The notes beneath the pieces are model-generated. The model made no database searches. It had not been told where the DNA came from and saw only the letters and a program-made list of their open reading frames with translations. 64,000 nt of DNA, taken from contig NC_057718.1 in assembly GCF_004010195.1 (NCBI RefSeq), positions 79,726,514 through 79,790,513 on the forward strand, read 5' to 3'. Position numbers and translations under genes: made by a program. Source of the stretch: Chiloscyllium plagiosum. Lineage: Eukaryota. Shown here piece after piece: positions 63,954-64,000 of this stretch (positions are counted from its first letter, which is position 1; every line of letters begins with the position of its first letter).

Positions 63954-64000
63954 AACTTTTTTTAGCAAGTAAAATATCATCACTAAAATATAAGACATCT

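Overview
Vertebrate genomic DNA, inferred from its repeat families to be a cartilaginous fish (shark). It is not prokaryotic, so there are no operons or CRISPR arrays. The only host-gene exon I can support is a 137-bp minus-strand exon (55012-55148) encoding part of the RING1 domain of Parkin (PRKN/PARK2, equivalent to human exon 7). The rest of the window therefore appears to be PRKN intron, with more than 55 kb downstream and no further exon recognised. The intron is dominated by transposon remains: many CR1-type LINE fragments, HE1/V-SINE-type and Deu-type SINEs, three TA-flanked Tc1/pogo-type MITEs, a decayed Mag-like Ty3/Gypsy element, a Harbinger transposase relic and Penelope-like elements (PLEs). 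The most notable structure is a set of more than a dozen short PLE terminal-repeat insertions from several families. Each carries an intact or decayed minimal hammerhead-ribozyme core (CUGAnGA-stem-GAAACGUH). Many are arranged as inverted pairs in which one arm has a 32-38-nt extra tail, and most are flanked by 10-16-bp target duplications. One is a ~430-bp-arm palindrome about 1.5 kb downstream of the Parkin exon. A CR1 copy with a twin-priming-type 5' inversion is also present. These are instances of known classes of phenomena; I found no evidence for a wholly new system. Family assignments are from recalled motifs, not database searches.
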